DNA of 27,946 nucleotides from Gammaproteobacteria bacterium RBG_16_37_9 (GTDB lineage Bacteria; Pseudomonadota; Gammaproteobacteria; UBA9339): NCBI GenBank assembly GCA_001801345.1, contig MGXJ01000006.1, positions 20,760 to 48,705 of the forward strand, read 5' to 3'. Shown piece by piece: positions 25,923 to 27,946 of this stretch (position 1 is its first letter; each line of letters starts with the position of its first letter). The notes under the pieces were generated by a model. It saw only the letters and a program-made list of their open reading frames with translations, ran no database searches and was not told where the DNA came from. The position numbers and the translations under genes were made by a program.

Positions 25923-27563
25923 CTAACGCGGAGAAAAAAGGATTAGATGATGATTTGGGTCAGCACCATATTTCATGGCTATATCTATTAAACTATCTTT
26001 TAGTTTAGTAAGGTCGAGTTTATCGCTATCTTTAAAAACGATTTCGGTAGAATCGTATATCTCGTGATAAGTTCGTATAATCCAAACAACAAATTCGTTT
26101 GGTTCGGAATCTTTTTCCAAACCTTTTTCAAGTCTCTCTTTAATTTTCATGTCAATTAGTTCAGCTATTGTTGAAAATTTGCCTCCTCTATCAATAGCCC
26201 ATTTTATCAATACATTCTTTTGTCTTACTAGCTCATCATTGACAGTACGAGAATCTTTTTTATGATCATATTTTCCGGTTTCTATAATAAAAATTAAACT
26301 TAGAAATCTGCTTGGATCCAAACCATGTTTAAATAATAGATCCCTTAGTTCAGGGGAAGGAAAATGATGGTTAAAAGCAGTAATGTCTACTTTTTGTGGT
26401 TTAGCTCCTTTATCAAAAGCTAGATTTACTAGTTTATCTCTATACGTCGTTTGTTTGCTATCCATTTCCCAGATAAGTTTCTCAGGATTGAATATGGTGC
26501 AATCCGCCCGTAAAACTAAATTTAGAAATATGCTTGGATCTAGTCCTTGCTCAAGCAATAGGTTGTATATTTTAGGAGAAAGAAGACGATGATGTCCATC
26601 AATTTTATTAGCATCAGCTCCTCTAGCAAAAGCCAGATTTGCTAATTTCAAGTTTAATTCTTCATCACATTGGTATGATCTTAAGACCAAATTTAGGAAC
26701 TTGCTTGGATCTAGTCCTCTTTCAAGCAATAGTTCGCATATTTTAGGCAAAAGAGAAAGGGAATGAATTGTATCAATTTTATTGGAATTGGCTCCTCTAT
26801 CAAAAGCTAAATTTACTAATTCTAACCGTTTTTCAAGATCACATGCAGCGCAATGTATCTGTAAAATTAAACATAGAAACTTGTTGGGATCCAATCCGTG
26901 TTTAAGTAGTGACTGGCTCAATTCGAGGGAAGGAAGATAGTGAAATCCGGAGATTTTTTGTGGGTCGGCTTTTTTCCCCAGAGCCAAATTTATCAGCTTA
27001 TCTCTATGCGCTATTTGTTCACTATCTACTTCATAGGTGTGTTTTTCAGAATTATATGTGCTGCAATCCCCCCTTAAAACAAAATCTAGGAACTTACTTG
27101 GATCTAATTTATCTATAGGGTTTTCTAGCATTAATGTGGCGGCATTAAGTGAGGGTAGGGTATATGTATATACATGTTTTACAATACTAATATTAGAAAA
27201 TCTAACTCCGTTTTTTAAAGCGAAGTCTATTAGTTCTACTTGATTCGATAAATGAAAGTGTCTAAAAATTTTTCCGTACACATCGTCATCTGCTAGTAAA
27301 CCTTGAGTAACGGCTATTTCTAATAATCCATCAACATCAAGCTTTTTTTCCAGTAATAGTTTTTTTACTGCTTCAATGTCAAAGTCAGCTCGTGATAATA
27401 CTTCTTCGATTTCTTTTGCATTATGGGCAATGACGGCTTCCATATCAGGTTTCATAGCAAAAGTAGCTGGTGAAAGAAGTAGAGTAAATAAAGCAAAGAA
27501 TGTCAGCGCCAACAAGGAGCTGCTTTTTCGTATAAAAACTAATCTCTTGAAATTTAAAAACAT
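25923..27563 (-). CDS. Secreted helical-repeat protein (degenerate ankyrin-like repeats)
   Basis: Signal peptide ending PATFA. At least five repeats begin LDPxxFL, and most carry a later NLAFDxGAxxxK-like segment and end LLxxG. Confidence 0.75.
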   Translation of the reverse strand: MFLNFKRLVFIRKSSSLLALTFFALFTLLLSPATFAMKPDMEAVIAHNAKEIEEVLSRADFDIEAVKKLLLEKKLDVDGLLEIAVTQGLLADDDVYGKIFRHFHLSNQVELIDFALKNGVRFSNISIVKHVYTYTLPSLNAATLMLENPIDKLDPSKFLDFVLRGDCSTYNSEKHTYEVDSEQIAHRDKLINLALGKKADPQKISGFHYLPSLELSQSLLKHGLDPNKFLCLILQIHCAACDLEKRLELVNLAFDRGANSNKIDTIHSLSLLPKICELLLERGLDPSKFLNLVLRSYQCDEELNLKLANLAFARGADANKIDGHHRLLSPKIYNLLLEQGLDPSIFLNLVLRADCTIFNPEKLIWEMDSKQTTYRDKLVNLAFDKGAKPQKVDITAFNHHFPSPELRDLLFKHGLDPSRFLSLIFIIETGKYDHKKDSRTVNDELVRQKNVLIKWAIDRGGKFSTIAELIDMKIKERLEKGLEKDSEPNEFVVWIIRTYHEIYDSTEIVFKDSDKLDLTKLKDSLIDIAMKYGADPNHHLILFSPR

Positions 27564-27734
27564 ATTTTGTGATCTCCAATTATTAATTATAAAACAAATT
27601 TCTAGGTTTATTATCCCAGCCAGCGGGGACTAGCATTAAACGCTTCCGCAATGATTATAACTGCTTTATTAATAAACATTAGCTTATGGGAAAAAAGCTG
27701 TATCGTTTTACTTCATATCCTCTGCTATATCCTC

Positions 27735-27946
27735 TTACACTTTTAGAAGCTCCTCTAAATACTCATTGGAGTTCCCTCTTTCACGGGCCAAATCTAATGC
27801 AGTTTTGCCCTTATTATCCTTTAGATCTCGATTAGCTCCCATATCAAGAAAGTGTTCCACCATGCTTATATAGCCACCTTCAGCTACTAACATAAGTAAA
27901 GTTTTTCCACCTTCGCCTACCAAGTCAATATTGATTTTGTGATCAT
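27735..27946 (-). CDS. Ankyrin-repeat protein, 3' end (5' outside window)
   Basis: Frame is open to the window edge. GKTLLMLVAEGGYISMVEHFLDMGANRDLKDNKGKTALDLA is a canonical ankyrin repeat. Confidence 0.85.
   Translation of the reverse strand, partial: DHKINIDLVGEGGKTLLMLVAEGGYISMVEHFLDMGANRDLKDNKGKTALDLARERGNSNEYLEELLKV

Noticed and set aside
440..27633. Other short ORFs antisense or nested to assigned genes (e.g. 1381-1662, 6825-7112, 8314-8589, 19849-20187, 20648-20995, 24684-25028)
   Set aside because: They are shadow frames of well-supported genes with no motifs or ribosome-binding sites.
1..27946. CRISPR array, tRNA or rRNA genes
   Set aside because: No regularly spaced direct repeats, cloverleaf signatures or rRNA-like sequence were seen by eye. 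A formal tRNAscan/CRISPR scan was not run.

Overview
AT-rich bacterial chromosomal segment. The core genes resemble Gammaproteobacteria, and the secreted repeat proteins, orphan PAS kinase, APH(6)-like and CofE-like genes suggest a Legionellales/Coxiellaceae-like, host-associated organism (inference). The left half is housekeeping: topA 3' end, a cofE-like/EamA/pgeF operon, tadA, rluD, ppsA, an MFS transporter, lepB-rnc-era and a SagB-type oxidase. The right half is accessory: a frameshift-split, signal-peptide-bearing Sel1/TPR protein ending in a YoeB-like RNase domain; a co-oriented Bro-N/GNAT/Nudix/ART-like/His-phosphatase/APH cluster; an amino-acid ABC transporter; an entericidin-family lipoprotein; a PAS histidine kinase; and ankyrin-like repeat proteins. 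Signals missing from the ORF track: (1) a 294-bp TIR-bounded MITE in the 5' end of rluD that separates the only in-frame ATG from the gene and places a GAGGAG ribosome-binding motif next to an in-frame ATT; (2) a His-rich leader peptide plus attenuator upstream of the ABC transporter; (3) a 32-aa, 17-lysine ORF with a perfect Shine-Dalgarno; (4) a REP doublet carrying a nested 55-bp hairpin insertion; (5) a recurring AGGTGTCAAG motif at accessory-segment boundaries. No tRNA, rRNA or CRISPR array was seen. All calls come from reading the sequence by eye; no database searches were run.
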